A DNA stretch of 64,000 bases, taken from Convolutriloba macropyga. Lineage: Eukaryota. Position 1 is the stretch's first letter; every line of letters begins with the position of its first letter. This document shows, in pieces, positions 1 through 13,741 of the stretch. The stretch covers positions 6,820,001 through 6,884,000 of the forward strand of contig NC_134475.1 in the NCBI RefSeq assembly GCF_964194025.1, given 5' to 3'. The notes below the pieces were generated by a model. It saw only the letters and a program-made list of their open reading frames with translations. It was not told where the DNA came from and made no database searches. Made by a program: the position numbers and the translations under genes.

Positions 1-1300
1 AAAAGAATCATTTTTTGTTTTCTCTGCTCCTCAAATATTTTATACCGCGCTGAAACACAATAAACACAATACCAAGTAGACTATTTCAGATCTTAGAACA
101 GGAATTAAGTAAAAATAAAAGTTTCCGACTAATTCAAAATTTGAAAATTTAACACAATTTTTAAATTTACAGTGCAGGTGGGAAACCAACAGACATCTTA
201 TCATTTCCAATTGTGACTTTGTGTACGTTATGCGTCAACAGTTAGTTTACAGATCACGTGCCATGGCATAGTAAATCATTATCTAGAAACAAGCAATATG
301 AGCTCGAGGTGCTGAGTAGCAAATAATATGCACCCTCTAGGCATAAGGGCACAGAGGAAAATGATCCCAAACATCATATTTACAACCATATTAGTTGAAC
401 TCAACTTCCCATTTGCTCTAACAACGGCAGTTTAAATGTATAGACTTGTGATTATTTTTCCTTATTTCAAAATGACTTTAGGTTTGGTGGTTGTTCATTG
501 CTCCATCTTTCAAAAATGCTGTGGGCCTATAACCGAACTCTACAAGAAAACATATCAGCTGCGAGTGTCGAAAACAGAAAAAAATTCTGGCGATGAAGGA
601 ATTCAGAAATTAACCAAAAACATAACTCATTTGATCACGTTTCGGTTAATATTTTTTTTTGAAACTATATTACCAAATTTCGCAAGCATAGAGATGATCA
701 CAGACTTCGCAAAATTGTTTTATGAATCAGTAACCAGATCGCGGTCAAGAAAACTCGACATAAAGACAACTTCATATTAACAGAAATGATTTGAAAAGCA
801 TCTTAAAAAATCTAACTTCCACTTTGACTACCCCATACATTTTTACAATGTAAAAACTGTCTTCAAGTCTATTTTCAGGGAATATTTTTTTCAGAGCGGA
901 TACCCTTACTATGAAATTGGTATGAATTTTGCGGAGCGGATCAACTTAATTTTGTATATTTTAGTAAGAAAAACAAACTAATGCAAAGTTGGAGCAAACA
1001 AACAAATTAAATGTGTAAAATTATACAAGCGAAGTAAAATTAAGAGATTGAAGAGTTTCAGCAGCAAACTAAAACAAGAGCTATTTCATGCAGAAAATAC
1101 CAAGAGATGCAAAAGTATGAAATAAAGAATTAATCAGGAACATAAATAAGCGGATATATGCTTGAAGTTAAATAAAAGTTCTGAGTATTAATTTTACTGC
1201 ATCAACCTAATAAGTATAAATTTCATGAGTGGCAAACTGCTACATAAAATCCGAAAAAAATAAAAAGCTACAAATGTTCGTCTGAAAACTTTCCGGACTC

Positions 1301-1432
1301 TAATTTTCCGAATTTCTGATAAATATTAGCAATACATTTAGGATTGTTAGAAAAAATGTATTGCAGAAAAAAATTTGTTGCTAGTAATAAGAAAAATTGT
1401 ATTGCTAAATTTTATCAGAATTTCGGAAATTA
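1301..1432. repeat. Inverted repeat with arms of about 35 bp (hairpin or MITE remnant)
   Basis: aattttccgaatttctgataaatattagcaataca (1302-1336) is the near reverse complement of tgtattgctaaattttatcagaatttcggaaatt (1398-1431). Confidence 0.75.
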
Positions 1433-1828
1433 AAATTTTTCCTGTTTATTACTTTTATTCGATAGAAAAACCGAATTATTGAATAAAGTTTTGTTCGCTC
1501 AAGTATTACATATACTTGTCTCGATTCCTTGCAATCACTTTTTTTTGGTGCCCTTCAAAATTTTTCACTAGACAAATTTCTCAAATCACTGGTCTTTCGT
1601 TTTTTTTTGGTTCCCATCAGATATGGAAAAACCGCAAAAACTGCCAACCCTTTCAGCAGGATAACTTGTCGAAAAAGCATTGCTGCAATACAATATCAAG
1701 CTATCAATAACAAGCAATAAAAATGAAACATACCAATTTTTTGGACTGAACTGTTTAAGGTGTCACCAAAAAAACATCTTCGTAAAAGTGCTGGTAAAAA
1801 AGCATCTTCTCTTCGTGTGCCTGCGGTC

Positions 1829-2567
1829 AATAATCAATTTCATTACTGTTTACTTTTGAATTATTTTTCAAATTAATCGCCTTTTGCACGTGTTGGAACA
1901 GACTGAATACCACGTTTGTAGGCTGTCAATTTTTTCCGTTTGTTCTGATTGTCCAGCGTGACATGTCCATCTAATCTCTGTCCAACCAAGCATGAAATCA
2001 ACTAGCATTCCTTGTTCAACACTGTCAAGAAACTGTAAAAACTCCTTACATTGTTTGCAGCAGTCTTGTCGTGTCTGTAGATTCTTTTTAGCAATTCTCT
2101 TTTGCACTTTTTTGTGCTCCTGCGAAACTTTATTCAACATTTCCACAATTTGAGTAAAAATTTGTAGGAGCACATTTTTTTCTAGTCCTTCACATGACAA
2201 AAAGAAATGCAAAATAGAATTCTTAACAAAATCTCTGCAGACATGAGACAATTGCAGCCTAAGTAGGAAATTTTCTTTAACACTTTCTTGTCTCGTAGAA
2301 GTCAATTTATGCTTTCTATTTAGCTTGGATTTTTGTCTGATATGAACAAGTAATATTGTAAAAATGTTGGTCAGGGACAGTTTGTTTTTTGCATGTTTAG
2401 TTGGTCAGAGATTAGATGGAGATGTCACGCTGGACATTCAGAAGAAACGAGAGACGAAATTAACAAACTTTGGATTTAGTCTAATTATTTTTTGTTTCAA
2501 CAGGTGAAACTCACAAATAATCCTTCCAAAAACAGTTCAAAGAATTAGATAATAAAGAACTGATTAT
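1829..2567. mobile_element. Fold-back element with degenerate inverted arms of about 200 bp
   Basis: tgtccagcgtgacatgtccatctaatctctgtccaac (about 1950-1986) mirrors gttggtcagagattagatggagatgtcacgctggaca (about 2400-2436); weaker similarity extends out to aataatca / tgattatt. Confidence 0.7.
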
Positions 2568-3780
2568 TTATCGAAGGCAGAGGAAGAAAGGATGCTTTTT
2601 GCCAGAAGCACTTTTTGACAAAGAAATTTTTTATTGTGGCACCGTGGACAAATTGGAAAACTTCTAGCAAAAAAACCGTTCCAACACAAGTGATCTCTAT
2701 TTAATCCGATGGTCATATACCTTACCCAATTGTAGAAATAACTAACATATTTACTATTTGAAGTTTTAATATTGCTACCTCGCGCTTTCTTCACTTCAGG
2801 GTATCAAATCAAATTCTCCCTCGACGGAAGGTCAACACTTTTTAATATACATACGTATTAAGTCTCATTAAACTTGCTTAGTCCAATTCACTGTTACAAA
2901 TTTCTTTCTAAGAGTTGTTGTTCTGCTTTTTCTTGCTTATGTATGTTGCGCTTTACAGCTGCATCAAACAAACAAAATTACTTAAAACAACTTTTACTTG
3001 CTTTTAATTGACATATTCCTCCGGATTGAATGAATAACAAACAAAACCATAATCGTTTGGTTTAGGTTTTGCAGATTGTTACGAAAATTTTCTCACTCCA
3101 TAAAAATTTAACCGATATCGATTTAATCTATCTCAAAAAACCAGCTATATTCCCAATCCCTTTACTAAAAAGTTGCCCTAGTCTCAGCTTAATAAGATTT
3201 TATTAGTGGTGTCAGTGCGGTGTTGTTCACAAACATAGTCAATTGACCTCAGTTGTTTGAACAAAAGCTAATTTAACAACAAATCAGGCATAATCTTAAC
3301 AGAAACAGTCTGAGTCTAAATCAAATCACGCAAATCACGCAAAAATGTAGCTACAGAAAGTGAGAATTGACGTCACGCGCGCGCAAACGCCGTTAGTGAG
3401 AGGAAAATTAGTTCAGAAAATGTGACTTGTTCAGCTTTGCTGTGTGAACAATTGTATAAGGACAGAAGGACCTCAGATGACAATACAAAAACAACTACGA
3501 ACACCATAACATATACTGAAGTAAGTTAGCACCCCCATTTTCACAAAATAAAAATTCAATTTTTGAGGCAACATTACTCCAACTTAAAATCACATTTTGA
3601 AAAAATTGAGAAAGGGTAAACAAAACTGGTGAAAATCACAAAGTTTCGCAGACCCCCAGATCTTCACAAAAACAGTTAACAAAACGGATGTCAAAGTTCG
3701 CTATCTCCTAAACACCAAAAATCAAAAAATCCTTAAAATATTACACTCTTGGCGGATTTTGTAATCATACTGTAATCATA

Positions 3781-3820
3781 TTTTTATTCAATTAATTTTG
3801 CAAAATTAATTGAATAAAAA
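3781..3820. repeat. Perfect 40-bp palindrome with AATAAA on both strands; candidate TMEM94 poly(A) signal
   Basis: tttttattcaattaattttgcaaaattaattgaataaaaa equals its own reverse complement; about 540 nt downstream of the stop codon. Confidence 0.8.
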
Positions 3821-4359
3821 ACCCAGTTAAGCATGTAGTTACTCCTCCACTAAAACGGGTTGGATCAGAAGTTATTACGAATTGATAATTTATTTAAATC
3901 ATTGAATGAGAACTAAAATATGAAGTTACAAAAATTTAAGATCCAAATGTCAAATTGCAATTACAATTGATAGATTCTCGGTTATGAAGACTTTTGACAA
4001 ATCAAGTATCAACGCCTCGCCATTTGCTATTTTAATACATTTTATAATAACGGTATCTAAAGTCGATGCAAACACAAACGCAAGTGACAATATTTTTTTA
4101 ACTTCGCGATCTATTCTGGGTCGGAAGCTTGTGGGGGGGGGGGGGGGGGGGTGAACTATACAAACCCACGCCAACTTGCCATTGACGCATCATATAACAC
4201 ATTTAACGCGTCATATATCACAAATTGCAAATAGAAGTCTGCGCACTGCATATTGCAAACAACACCGGAACGCGGGGGCGGGGGTGTGAAATTAAAGAAA
4301 AAATGGCAGGCAATGATACTCGACCAAGACGGGCTAGAATGACAAGGCAATGTCAACAA

Positions 4360-4926
4360 TCAAAAGGGCGAATTCATTCCCAGTTTTGTTCCAAACTGAA
4401 GTTTGCTCCTTCTGTGCTGTCTGTATGCTTTCCTCACTTGATAAACTTTCACCATTTCGCTTATGAAAAGAGCCACGAAGGACCATGCCGCCCCCATCAC
4501 CCAAACATGACCAGGTGTGTTCGGAATCGAGAAGGGGGTGGATCTGTATGTCTGCACGTCTGAGTAGAAATAAAACAACTGCAGCCCAATTATTAACGGG
4601 CACATTATAGCCCACACAACATTTCGAAAAGGTGCCTTCCGCCAAATGTATGTCCTGGGGAAGACGAAACTGGCTGATATGAAACAGAAGTGAACAACAA
4701 GAAGCCACGTGACCAAGTTCTGGGCAACGACCAGGGCGCCTCTGTAACTGCCGCGGTACCCGTTCCACACCTCGGTGGAGTTGGTGTTGCCGTGACTGAG
4801 GAGACAGTGTTCCTCGGCAGTGACAAATATACACATGGTGTAGAGGATTGTCATTTCGAGGAGAGGTAACAGAATGCAAGTGGGAAGAAATCGCATGGCA
4901 AACACAGTGATGAAGTCACGAACGTC
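4360..4926 (-). CDS. TMEM94: TMEM94 last coding exon, ending KLQFGTKLGMNSPF*
   Basis: ORF 4360..4905 extended to acceptor gcattttag; TGA at 4362-4360; the C-terminus matches the conserved TMEM94 ending with its GMN motif. Confidence 0.96.
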   Translation of the reverse strand, partial: DVRDFITVFAMRFLPTCILLPLLEMTILYTMCIFVTAEEHCLLSHGNTNSTEVWNGYRGSYRGALVVAQNLVTWLLVVHFCFISASFVFPRTYIWRKAPFRNVVWAIMCPLIIGLQLFYFYSDVQTYRSTPFSIPNTPGHVWVMGAAWSFVALFISEMVKVYQVRKAYRQHRRSKLQFGTKLGMNSPF

Positions 4927-5174
4927 CTAAAATGCACAAAGTCTACAACAGCTACGCTTAATCCCGTCCAACTCTTTCCTTTTCTCCGTGACTAAACTTT
5001 TTGTGTGACAAAACTAAAGAGCTTTTTTTAACTGATATACTTGATTTTTTGCATCCGGTAACAGCAGTAAGAGCAAAAACTTACGGTAATGTTGACCAAA
5101 AACTCACGAGTCAAAAAAGTATCCTTAAATGCGTAATAAGAAATAGAATCAGGAATCCCAATCACAAACCAATG

Positions 5175-5325
5175 GGATCTATTCCATTTTACCCCCCTCC
5201 CCCCGCCGTGTTTTTATGCCCCCAGTTTCAAACTATGTATTCTAATATAGCCCGTTACTATGTACAAAATAGCATGTGCGCCTGGGGGCGTAAAAGATAT
5301 GTGCCTACTAAGCTGGGGGAGGGCA
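5175..5325 (+). mobile_element. GGATCT-MITE family copy with degenerate right end
   Basis: ggatctattc...C-run...tatagcccgttactatgtacaaaatagcatgtgcgcctggggg...taagctggggg, the same body as the intact copies. Confidence 0.85.
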
Positions 5326-5578
5326 TGAATTTCCAAGTTAAACCTACTTTGATCAACTTTTAACGGACAGTCTGTCTGACATTCGCGTAATTTAATTGCG
5401 GTACAATTTTAGTCCGTTGAGTTATTGTATAATTTTGTCATGTACGTAAGTAAGTCAGAAATGTATGTATATTAGACTAGTACATTTCCACATATCGTCT
5501 TATTAATAGATTGATACGAGGCCAGAAAGACACCGAGTGTCAAACTCAAGTAGATGAGATTCGATGTGAGTGGTGTAC

Positions 5579-5827
5579 CGTTTTGAGTATCTTTTTGAAG
5601 TTTTTGCTGGCTGTGGTCCACTGGAGACTGTTGTCACAGATGGGATTGGCAAGGAGGGAGGTGGCGAGCAGGGGCAGGATGAAGCCAACTAGCCAGAGGA
5701 TGAGGGAGCCGGAGAAGGGAGGGGGCTGGAAGCAGACGGCAGAGAGCACCTGGGTGAGAATGAGGGCCAAGTGACAGGAGAGGAGGAAGAGAAGGGCCGT
5801 CTTCAGGTTCTCGCTCAGTCTACTCGC
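5579..5827 (-). CDS. TMEM94: TMEM94 exon (ASRLSENLKTALLFLLSCHL...PPPF...ILWL...TASKNFKKILKT), transmembrane segments
   Basis: ORF 5546..5770 extended to acceptor gttgttgtag; donor ACG|gtacac; phase 0-0. Confidence 0.9.
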
Positions 5828-6503
5828 CTACAACAACATCCGACATAAGTCCACAAATCCAGATCAAGGAAGTAATGGAAATAAAATTTGAATTACAGCC
5901 CAACGGATACTCGGAGCTAGTGCGAAAGGAAGTCTAAAATATTTAGAATTAATAATGGATAATTCAAAATATTGGACGATAACTCTGTTTTTTAAATAGT
6001 TAGTTCGCCGTTTGACTTTTGCATAATAATGGCATTTTCGTTCTCAGAAAGCGAGTTTACAATTTGGGTACATAATTCCATTGTCGGCAAGTAATTTATG
6101 GATAATGACTTTCTAAAAGTAACATACTATTCAATTCGATGTAAAGCTTCCAGTAAATTGTCATATTCTAATTTTAGATTTGTGTGAGGTGATCACATTT
6201 TCGTCGGTTGAAGCATGATTTTATCATCGCCCAACTCAACTGCTTTTCTAAGGATATTTTTAGATAGTCAGTTTCACATAAAAGGCCCGAAAAAGCGTTC
6301 TTGAAAAGATCACGCCTGTTCCATAGTTTGATTTACTACCCACACAATAGGTTCTTCAAGTTTGAGCTTTAAATAAAGCCTCCTTTTTCAGGTGTGAGAT
6401 TCATTTGCAGCAGTCAACTTCCCATTTTAGAACTTTTAATTCCCAGTCACAATTCTTTATTTCTTACTATGAGCAAAACAGTGGTTTTATGTTGGTGTCT
6501 TAC

Positions 6504-6678
6504 TGAATGGAATATGTTGGTAAGAGAGACATTTCGGAGTGTCTGGAGAGAGCATGGAAGGGAACCGAGAGCAGAGGCCAGACCCAGGGGAGAGAGGTGT
6601 CGCCCGTCGGGTAGGAAGGGCTCGAAGCACACCGGCTGTCGCACACACGGCTGAGGCACGTAAGGCATCACTCCGATA
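6504..6678 (-). CDS. TMEM94: TMEM94 exon (IGVMPYVPQPC...LSPLGLASALGSLPCSL...IFHS)
   Basis: Inside ORF 6447..6920; acceptor tatattttag, donor TCA|gtaaga; phase 2-0. Confidence 0.92.
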
Positions 6679-7061
6679 CTAAAATATAAAAAAAACACTA
6701 CCAATGTATTATACTGGTAAGAAATTAAAATAAACATTTTTGTTTCATAACCACATGTAAACAAACTAATGCACTGATATGTGGCCTGATATCTGAGGTG
6801 TGTCAGTCGCTGACTAAGAGGGGTCTTATGGGGCGGGGGTCGAGCAAGCGTGGTAAGGGATTGATGGGGGAGAGGACAAAGGAGGGTGTCCAAACCGCCC
6901 AAAATTTCTCTCTGCGCCACACACTATGATTTTGTCCTATCAGCTTAGATGAATTGTACACTTAGAGACTAGCAAGCTCTAAGAAAGCTACTGCTCAGCC
7001 ACTTCATATCCTCCAGCTCCAGGCTTCACCTGTTTATCCGGTTTTTGAAGACGAAAAGTTG

Positions 7062-7378
7062 ACATAAACCGACCAACGTCAAACAAATGCTCTCGAACAA
7101 CAGGCATGGCAAAATGAAATGGGACTGTAGCCTAGATAAAATTTTATTGGTGCAAGAAATTCTTTCCTCCCCTTACAATAGTTTTCTTTATAGCAGCGAC
7201 GTAATTTCCGAGTAAGCAATTTAGGTCAAGAAAAATCTAGAAGTCAAGCGTGAAAACGTCACTCGAGAAATGAAATTGGAAGACTGTTCTAGAACAAACC
7301 AGTTAAGCAAAAATTTTGCGTAAAAAAGAAACAAACACATTTACATTAATTGCTTCAAACTTTGTTCCAGAGTAATTA
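7062..7378 (-). mobile_element. HINE-like family H2 copy without tRNA-like cargo, nested in a related repeat (about 6975-7465)
   Basis: acataaaccgaccaacgtc...atgctctcgaaca start and taattgcttcaaactttgttccagagtaatta end. It interrupts gacgaaaagtt|aaaagcgtcaga, which is uninterrupted at about 42083 and 44078. Confidence 0.7.
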
Positions 7379-7516
7379 AAAAGCGTCAGAAGAAAATTTG
7401 GTCAAGCGAGAAATCGCATAAAAAAATACAGTAGGAGTTATATAATTGCTTATAAACTTCGTCTTTAAATCTGTTAGAGCTCTAGTTTCAGAGAAGATTG
7501 TTTAGTAAAACCCCAC

Positions 7517-7625
7517 CTGACATCGGCCTGTAGAAATATGTCGATGTTTGTGACATTGAGAGAGCTTCCATAAACACAGACAACCTCCGAGTTCTCCTGC
7601 ATTATTGTCATCATCTCCTTCGTCG
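7517..7625 (-). CDS. TMEM94: TMEM94 exon (ATKEMMTIMQENSEVVCVYGSSLNVTNIDIFLQADVS)
   Basis: Acceptor ttgttttag, donor AG|gtgggg; matches the TMEM94 EMI.IMQE.GEV.C..GSS.N...F.Q.D.S motif. Not in the ORF track. Confidence 0.93.
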
Positions 7626-8024
7626 CTAAAACAAACAATCACTCAATCAGTGTGAAAAATTGAATCATCTGGATAGGTAACCCCCCCCCCCCCCCCAAAA
7701 AAAATCAAGAACTGCCATTCGCACCATTAAATTATGTCTCCTCAGATTTTTGGTGAATAGCATAATTCAAGACTATTACGGATCTTAGAGATCTGCTCAG
7801 GGATTTAATGTCCTCGGGATCTACCAGTTTATCCCGTTTGTCACTACGATAAGTCAAATTTTCAGACGAAAAATCAGTCCTAGGAAAAATGGCATAAAAA
7901 GAACAGGACAAAAAAAACAATTGCTTTGAAACTTTTTTGAAAGCAAATGAAAATGCCGTACGACAGTTAATTAAATAAAAACTGATCCATTTCAAGGTGG
8001 TCACGCCAGGAAACACTATCTCAC

Positions 8025-9543
8025 CTTCGGGCGTGCAATCCGTAAACAGTGGCACCAAAAGAGGAACATTATCCACATGTTCCAAATGAGGTCTGATGTT
8101 CTCTACGCCCCTTGGCAATTTCGCTCGATTCGAGAGGTCATAGAGGTCATCAAACATGACGCCTTCTGTGCCTGCCAAACTGTTTAGCCCGAATGACTGT
8201 TCAGATGTCCTTGAAATTGCGTCATCTTGAACATGGGTAATCTGTGAATTGATGGAGCCAGTCCGACTCAAGCCAGGTGCTCTGGTTTTGAAACCAGTTC
8301 CCGAACTGTTAACTTGGTTGCCAGGATAGCCCGAGTTATGTACGTTATTACTAAACTGTTGGTTATGATTGCTATACTGAGTTTGGTTAGAGTAAGTAGT
8401 ATTGAGTAAAGCTTCTGAGGCGTCTGTGGTATGATCTGCGTATTGGTTTTCGGTTCCACTGAGAGTTGCATAGCGCCTGATCGGAACTGGGGGGCCACTT
8501 CTGCGACTTGGGTTCGATCGAATTGACGAGGAGTTTTGTACAACCCCTCTCTGCTGCTCCAGGGTTGTATCCAGCGGGCTTTTAGCACGATTTGAAAGCA
8601 AAGTATTGTTTGAGCCATGATGACTTATGTTTAAGCCTTGATTGTTGGCATTATGGTTACACTGTGTGCAATAATTGTTATCGGGTGCTATATTTTGTTG
8701 TGCATGACTGTTGCAAGTGTTGGGTGCTGAGTAACAGCAAGGTTGTGGGCACGGTCGTTCCGAAACCTTCTGAAGATGATTCACTCCAGATCCTGGCATT
8801 GCATTTTGATGGGGATAATTCATGCATGTGCTCTCTATACTACTACATTGACTCTCAATTCCACCTCCGGGCACTACTCGATTTTGATTGGCTGACAACA
8901 CGTTCGAGTTGTTCAAAGTTGAACATTGGTAGCAGAACTCGACTGGGGAATTTCCACTTCCGCTTAAGTCGCACGAGGGGGTATCATTCACAGTTCCCCT
9001 GGAAGTGAGATGTTTCTGGGTATGCATACTTTGACTGGGTGCCATCATGGGGGGTTGTGGCGACACCGAATTTGTATGTGAGAGGCAAGGAGCTCCTTGG
9101 GGGTTCCGGACGTTTGATGTCAGGGATCCGGGGAAGTTATGAGAATGGTTAACATGACTACTGTTATGATCTCGAGGGTTTGGGAGGGGCGAAACTGCAC
9201 CCGACGATGATTCTGAAATTGACCCTGGACTCATAGGAGGCAACGATATGAATTCATCCTGTTCAGCGATAGCGTCCCGCGTATCGACACCAATTGAGGA
9301 CATGTTGTTCTCCCAGACACCTCCCGGACGCAAATTGTGATTGGCTGATTTGTTGGTGTGGATGGCGTTCATTCCTGAGACTAAATTCACTTCTTCTTGC
9401 GACTGGCGTTTGAGCTGTTCCAGCTTTTCCAGGCGGAGAAACATCTCATCCAAACCCGCCTCTTCGTGACCTTTGAGACTGATGGAGTCCTCTTGTTTTT
9501 CGCCGGCGGTCTGGACGCCAATCTCAACGTACTTCCGAGATGG
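8025..9543 (-). CDS. TMEM94: TMEM94 1.5-kb exon (low-complexity insert, then SNRAKLPRG...VPLLVPLFTDCTPE)
   Basis: ORF 7732..9453 extended to acceptor ttcatttcag; donor G|gtgaga; phase 0-1. Confidence 0.93.
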
Positions 9544-11626
9544 CTGAAATGAAATTCAAAATCAAGAAACAAGATCAAAAATGATTCCAGCTTTTTCATA
9601 TTTAACATAATGTGGTATAAAGGAATTTGTCCCGAACTGAAATCAACCAAACTTAGTTAAATAATGGTTTATTATTTAACGCAGCAAAGAACAAATTTAC
9701 TGCCAATTTTATAACAATTCATAAAGAATTTTATTTTTAAAAATAAATTCCCAAGATATCGCCGAAAGACAGCAACGTCTCATATAGGCTCTAATTTACT
9801 TTAAATGGATATCAAAATTTGCTTGATTAAATGTCCCATGAAAAGTGCCCAAACGCGTTAAAATGAATTTAAATATCGAAAACGCTTGAATTAGTAAACA
9901 CAGATAGGCTTTAAGTGGAATATAAGCTTTGATTGATGAGAATGATTTTTGAAGGAAAAAAAACATAGCTGGCAGAGTGCTAGCAAATGCCTGGTATTTC
10001 ATAGTTTTATTCCGTTCTCTTTTAATTTCGCTTCTTGATTTTAAATGTATTCGCGTAAATTTTCTGAATGAATTCTAATTTCAATTCAGTTAAAAAAGTG
10101 AGTGGGGTAAGTCAGAAATCAAACAAGAAAGAGCTGACTTACTTATGTAGAGCAAAAACACGTGATCGAAAAATAAAACGAATTAAAACCTATACCTGGA
10201 CAGTCTTGAACTACAATCCAAAGAGTTGAACTAACTAATGACCTGACATCTAAAAATTTTTCAGCAACGTCAAACTAGGACAGCCAACAAAGCCTATGAC
10301 CCTATATGCACAAAAATGGTAAAACAATTAGAAAAATCCGTTTTACAAGATTGTGTTTTAATAATCACTGAAAAAACATACTTCAAGAAAATAGTGATTC
10401 GAAAAATCCTTTAGAAGAGTATACAATTCAACAACCTTGTGGGAATCAATGACAGACAAAGCAAAAAAGAGGCAAAACCTAAAAAATTTGGCAATAATAA
10501 GAAAATCGTTGGAGTCCAGTGGCGTCAGACTATGAAAACCTCAAAACTGCATGCCAAAATCCATAATCACAACATATGATAAAGCTTTATGAGTCAAAAA
10601 AAACTTTCAGCAGTTGTAATGCCTGAGAACGGAACAACATAATTACATATGAAGTCAAGATTCAAAAACTCACTTTAACATTTCGAAAGCAAAACTATCA
10701 ATAAAAACAATAGCAAAAACTTGAAGCCAATATACTGACCAAAATGACGCCAACAAGGAATGTTTTTTTTGCAATGAAGAGATAAGACCACAAAAAACAA
10801 CAAAAGCAACAAAATCAAAAGAAGGAGTCAAAATAATAAAAACGACTGCTTTTACCTCCAGCGACCAATTAATTATATTCACCTTTTCCTCAGTAGCAAC
10901 CAATGAAATCTGTCATTAATGAGATTAAGTGATAAGACAGCAACAAGTACAACAAATACTATTATAAGTCGAAATTCCACTGAAATTTTTTGGAAATAAT
11001 TAACGTATAAAACATAAAGGCAATAGCTCTTAATTGAAACAATATATTCGAACAACTTAGGCATCTTCAGCAACAGATGAGACCTTTAATTAATTAGATT
11101 ATGACCTTTAATCAATTTTTGCAAACAACAAAAATTGAATAGTATTTCTCGATATCAACAAAGTCAGTCATAGAAAATATCAAATAAATCTAATGCTTTA
11201 CGAGATCCTGATGAGATTAAATGAGTTTGCTTTGTTGAGATTAAATGGTGAGATTCCAGGTGAGTTTAAAAGATAACAACACAAAATTTCAAACATATTA
11301 CTCGCAAAACTCAAAATTCATTAAAAATGTCCGAGAAGAAACAGTATCAAAGTCGTGAAAAACCAAGAACTCGAACCATTAAGTAGGTTCATTTATGCCC
11401 CATTAGCAAGCAATGAGACCAGTCAAAAAAGGTATTAAAAGATAACAACAAACCAAAATAATAAAAGATAGCAAAAATCAAATATTCGCTAAATTTTTAA
11501 TGACAACATATAGTGTCAAAGTCATAAAAAAGCATTAGCTGCCCGTTGACAAAATAAAGCAATGGCAAAAAGGTGCAATTAGAACAGATACGTATCATAT
11601 TAACAGCAATCAAGAGAAGAAACACT

Positions 11627-12536
11627 AAACACACCCAGCAGACTGCCGGAAAACAGCCGCCGTTGATTCCCATGACCAAGATTAGGATTGAAAGAAGAGA
11701 ACAACTTGGAAGTAAATGAAAAAAATGACTTTTTTACACAGAGAATTTTTGAGAGCATTTTGGAGCCGAACATATTCCTGTTTCGTTGTGAAACGACACA
11801 AGGGCTAGTATCAAAACCAATAAGCATTAGAGATGGAAACTAAGAACAAAGTTCGAGTAACGAGCATCTAAAAATTGTGCTTTATGGGTTTATCCCGTTT
11901 CTATTTCTGATTTCGTTTTTTGAATACTGACTCTGTTCATTTTAAATTGCTTTGCCGAGCAAATACTGTCAATAGACACTTTTAGCAGAATGAAAGAAGA
12001 GTGAAACTAGCCCAGAGAAGTCAAAAAGATTTCACTCAAAATGTTGAACAAGCAATGAACTAAGGTGAAGCGAAAAAAATTCTATTCGACGAAATAAAAA
12101 AACAGCAGGACAAGTCCTGACGTACAATTCAAAGAATTTTATTGACTAAACAGAAAACTAGACCTAGAACGGATTCTGAATGGCTTGGGAAAACCATTTA
12201 TAAAAAAATCCGATCCAAAAAATAAAAAAAACAGTAAAAATCATAGTGAAATTGCCGCATGTGAACAAAAAACCACTAGCGAGAAACCGAATTTTTGTTC
12301 AAACACCGTTTTCTCACTCTACTTTAAATTTAGATCAAAAAAATTTCACGGCGCAAAACCACTCGCTCCACTTGCTGTTTCGGCGTGACCAAAATCACTA
12401 CTCCAATTTGACTTCAAAAATCATGAAAATGTGTGAACAGATCTTAAAAAAAGACAGCGCCCCAATACAATTCAAATTCGTTGAATTATAATAGGAGCGC
12501 TATAATAGCCGGCTGAGAAGCTGAGGCGGCTATTAA
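11627..12536 (-). mobile_element. Helentron/HINE-like non-autonomous element, family H1 (about 900 bp)
   Basis: On the plus strand it starts aaacac + hairpin (family consensus ccggcagattgccgg) + acagccgcc and ends taatagcc...ggcggctattaaaaa (asymmetric inverted repeat, end hairpin, A/T run). Colinear with 29029-29995. Confidence 0.75.
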
Positions 12537-13741
12537 AAAGAACTCAAATTTCACGAGAAAAATATCGCTTTCAAAGACTGAAAATTCGTCAAACACTAAT
12601 TTCTCATTGCACTTCAAACGTAATTTGAAACCTTCTATAATTTGAACACTTCTATAATTTGAACTATTAATTTGAACTCCACGCTTCAAATCTATTCTTC
12701 TTTTCACTCCCTTTATTACTCCCGCGTGATTAAAATTACCACTCTAATTTGACTTCTCACTGACGTGAAAAAGTCGAAAAAAGTGTGAGCAAGTCTTAAA
12801 GAGAGCGCACCAATAGAACCAAAATACTTTGGATTGTAAAAATGAGATTGACCAAAGAATAGCCCTTGAGAAGCTGACTGTGACCATAAAATTTCAGACC
12901 AAAAGCAAAAAAAATCCCTTCTTTTATTAATTGCTGAGATGTTATATTTTGATTATACTTATTGCTGCTTCTGTCAGCTGCTCTCAAAAATCTTAAATTA
13001 GAGTGACACAATGCTAACTTGATCTCATCCGATGACAGTAAAGGAAAAATATATTGGTAGTGGGTGACGTATAACCAAAAATTTGATCACAAGGATGAAC
13101 AAAAAATTTACTCCACTAAATATGAAAAATGCACGCGAGCAATTAAGTCGAAATTCAAAGAATGGGCAAAAAGCTGATTGGAAGTGATGATCATGATGTC
13201 ACTTCATCGTAACAAAAATCTTGAAGAAGAAACAAGGAACAAAAAATATAAATCCTGAACTACAATCCAAGGAATTATATTATCTATTAACCTGACAACC
13301 TATATTAAAGCAGCAACGTAAAACCATGACGGTCAACAAAGTACATGTTTCTATATGCTCACAAATGAACTATACCAAAAAACACCCAAAAAAACACTTT
13401 AAAATTTTCATTTCCAAGAACTGGAATATTAAAAACAATTAGAACAACGAATTATAAAAAATACCCACCTTCCAAATGAGTACAAAATACAATAAAATTG
13501 GGGAAATCGATACCAGACAAAGCATAAAACTGAGAAAATCGGTGAAAATTAGACTTATTTTGAAAAGTTGCCTCAAGTAAACAAAAAAGAACTACATAAT
13601 ATTTTTAATGAGCGCATGAATAACGAATTTAGTAGTCACCGAAAGTCAACGGCCCTGCTAGGTAAAAAATGACAAAAAAGAATTAACGATGGCAGGATTT
13701 AAAATTTCCAAAAACATCTCAGAAACAAATGTATCTAAGTC

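Noticed and set aside
436-780. 114-aa plus-strand ORF as a neighbouring gene
   Set aside because: AT-rich, no recognisable domain or supporting exon chain.
4108-4152. gatctattctg followed by a G-run in the 3' region as another MITE copy
   Set aside because: Only a terminal fragment with no body or TSD; too little to call.
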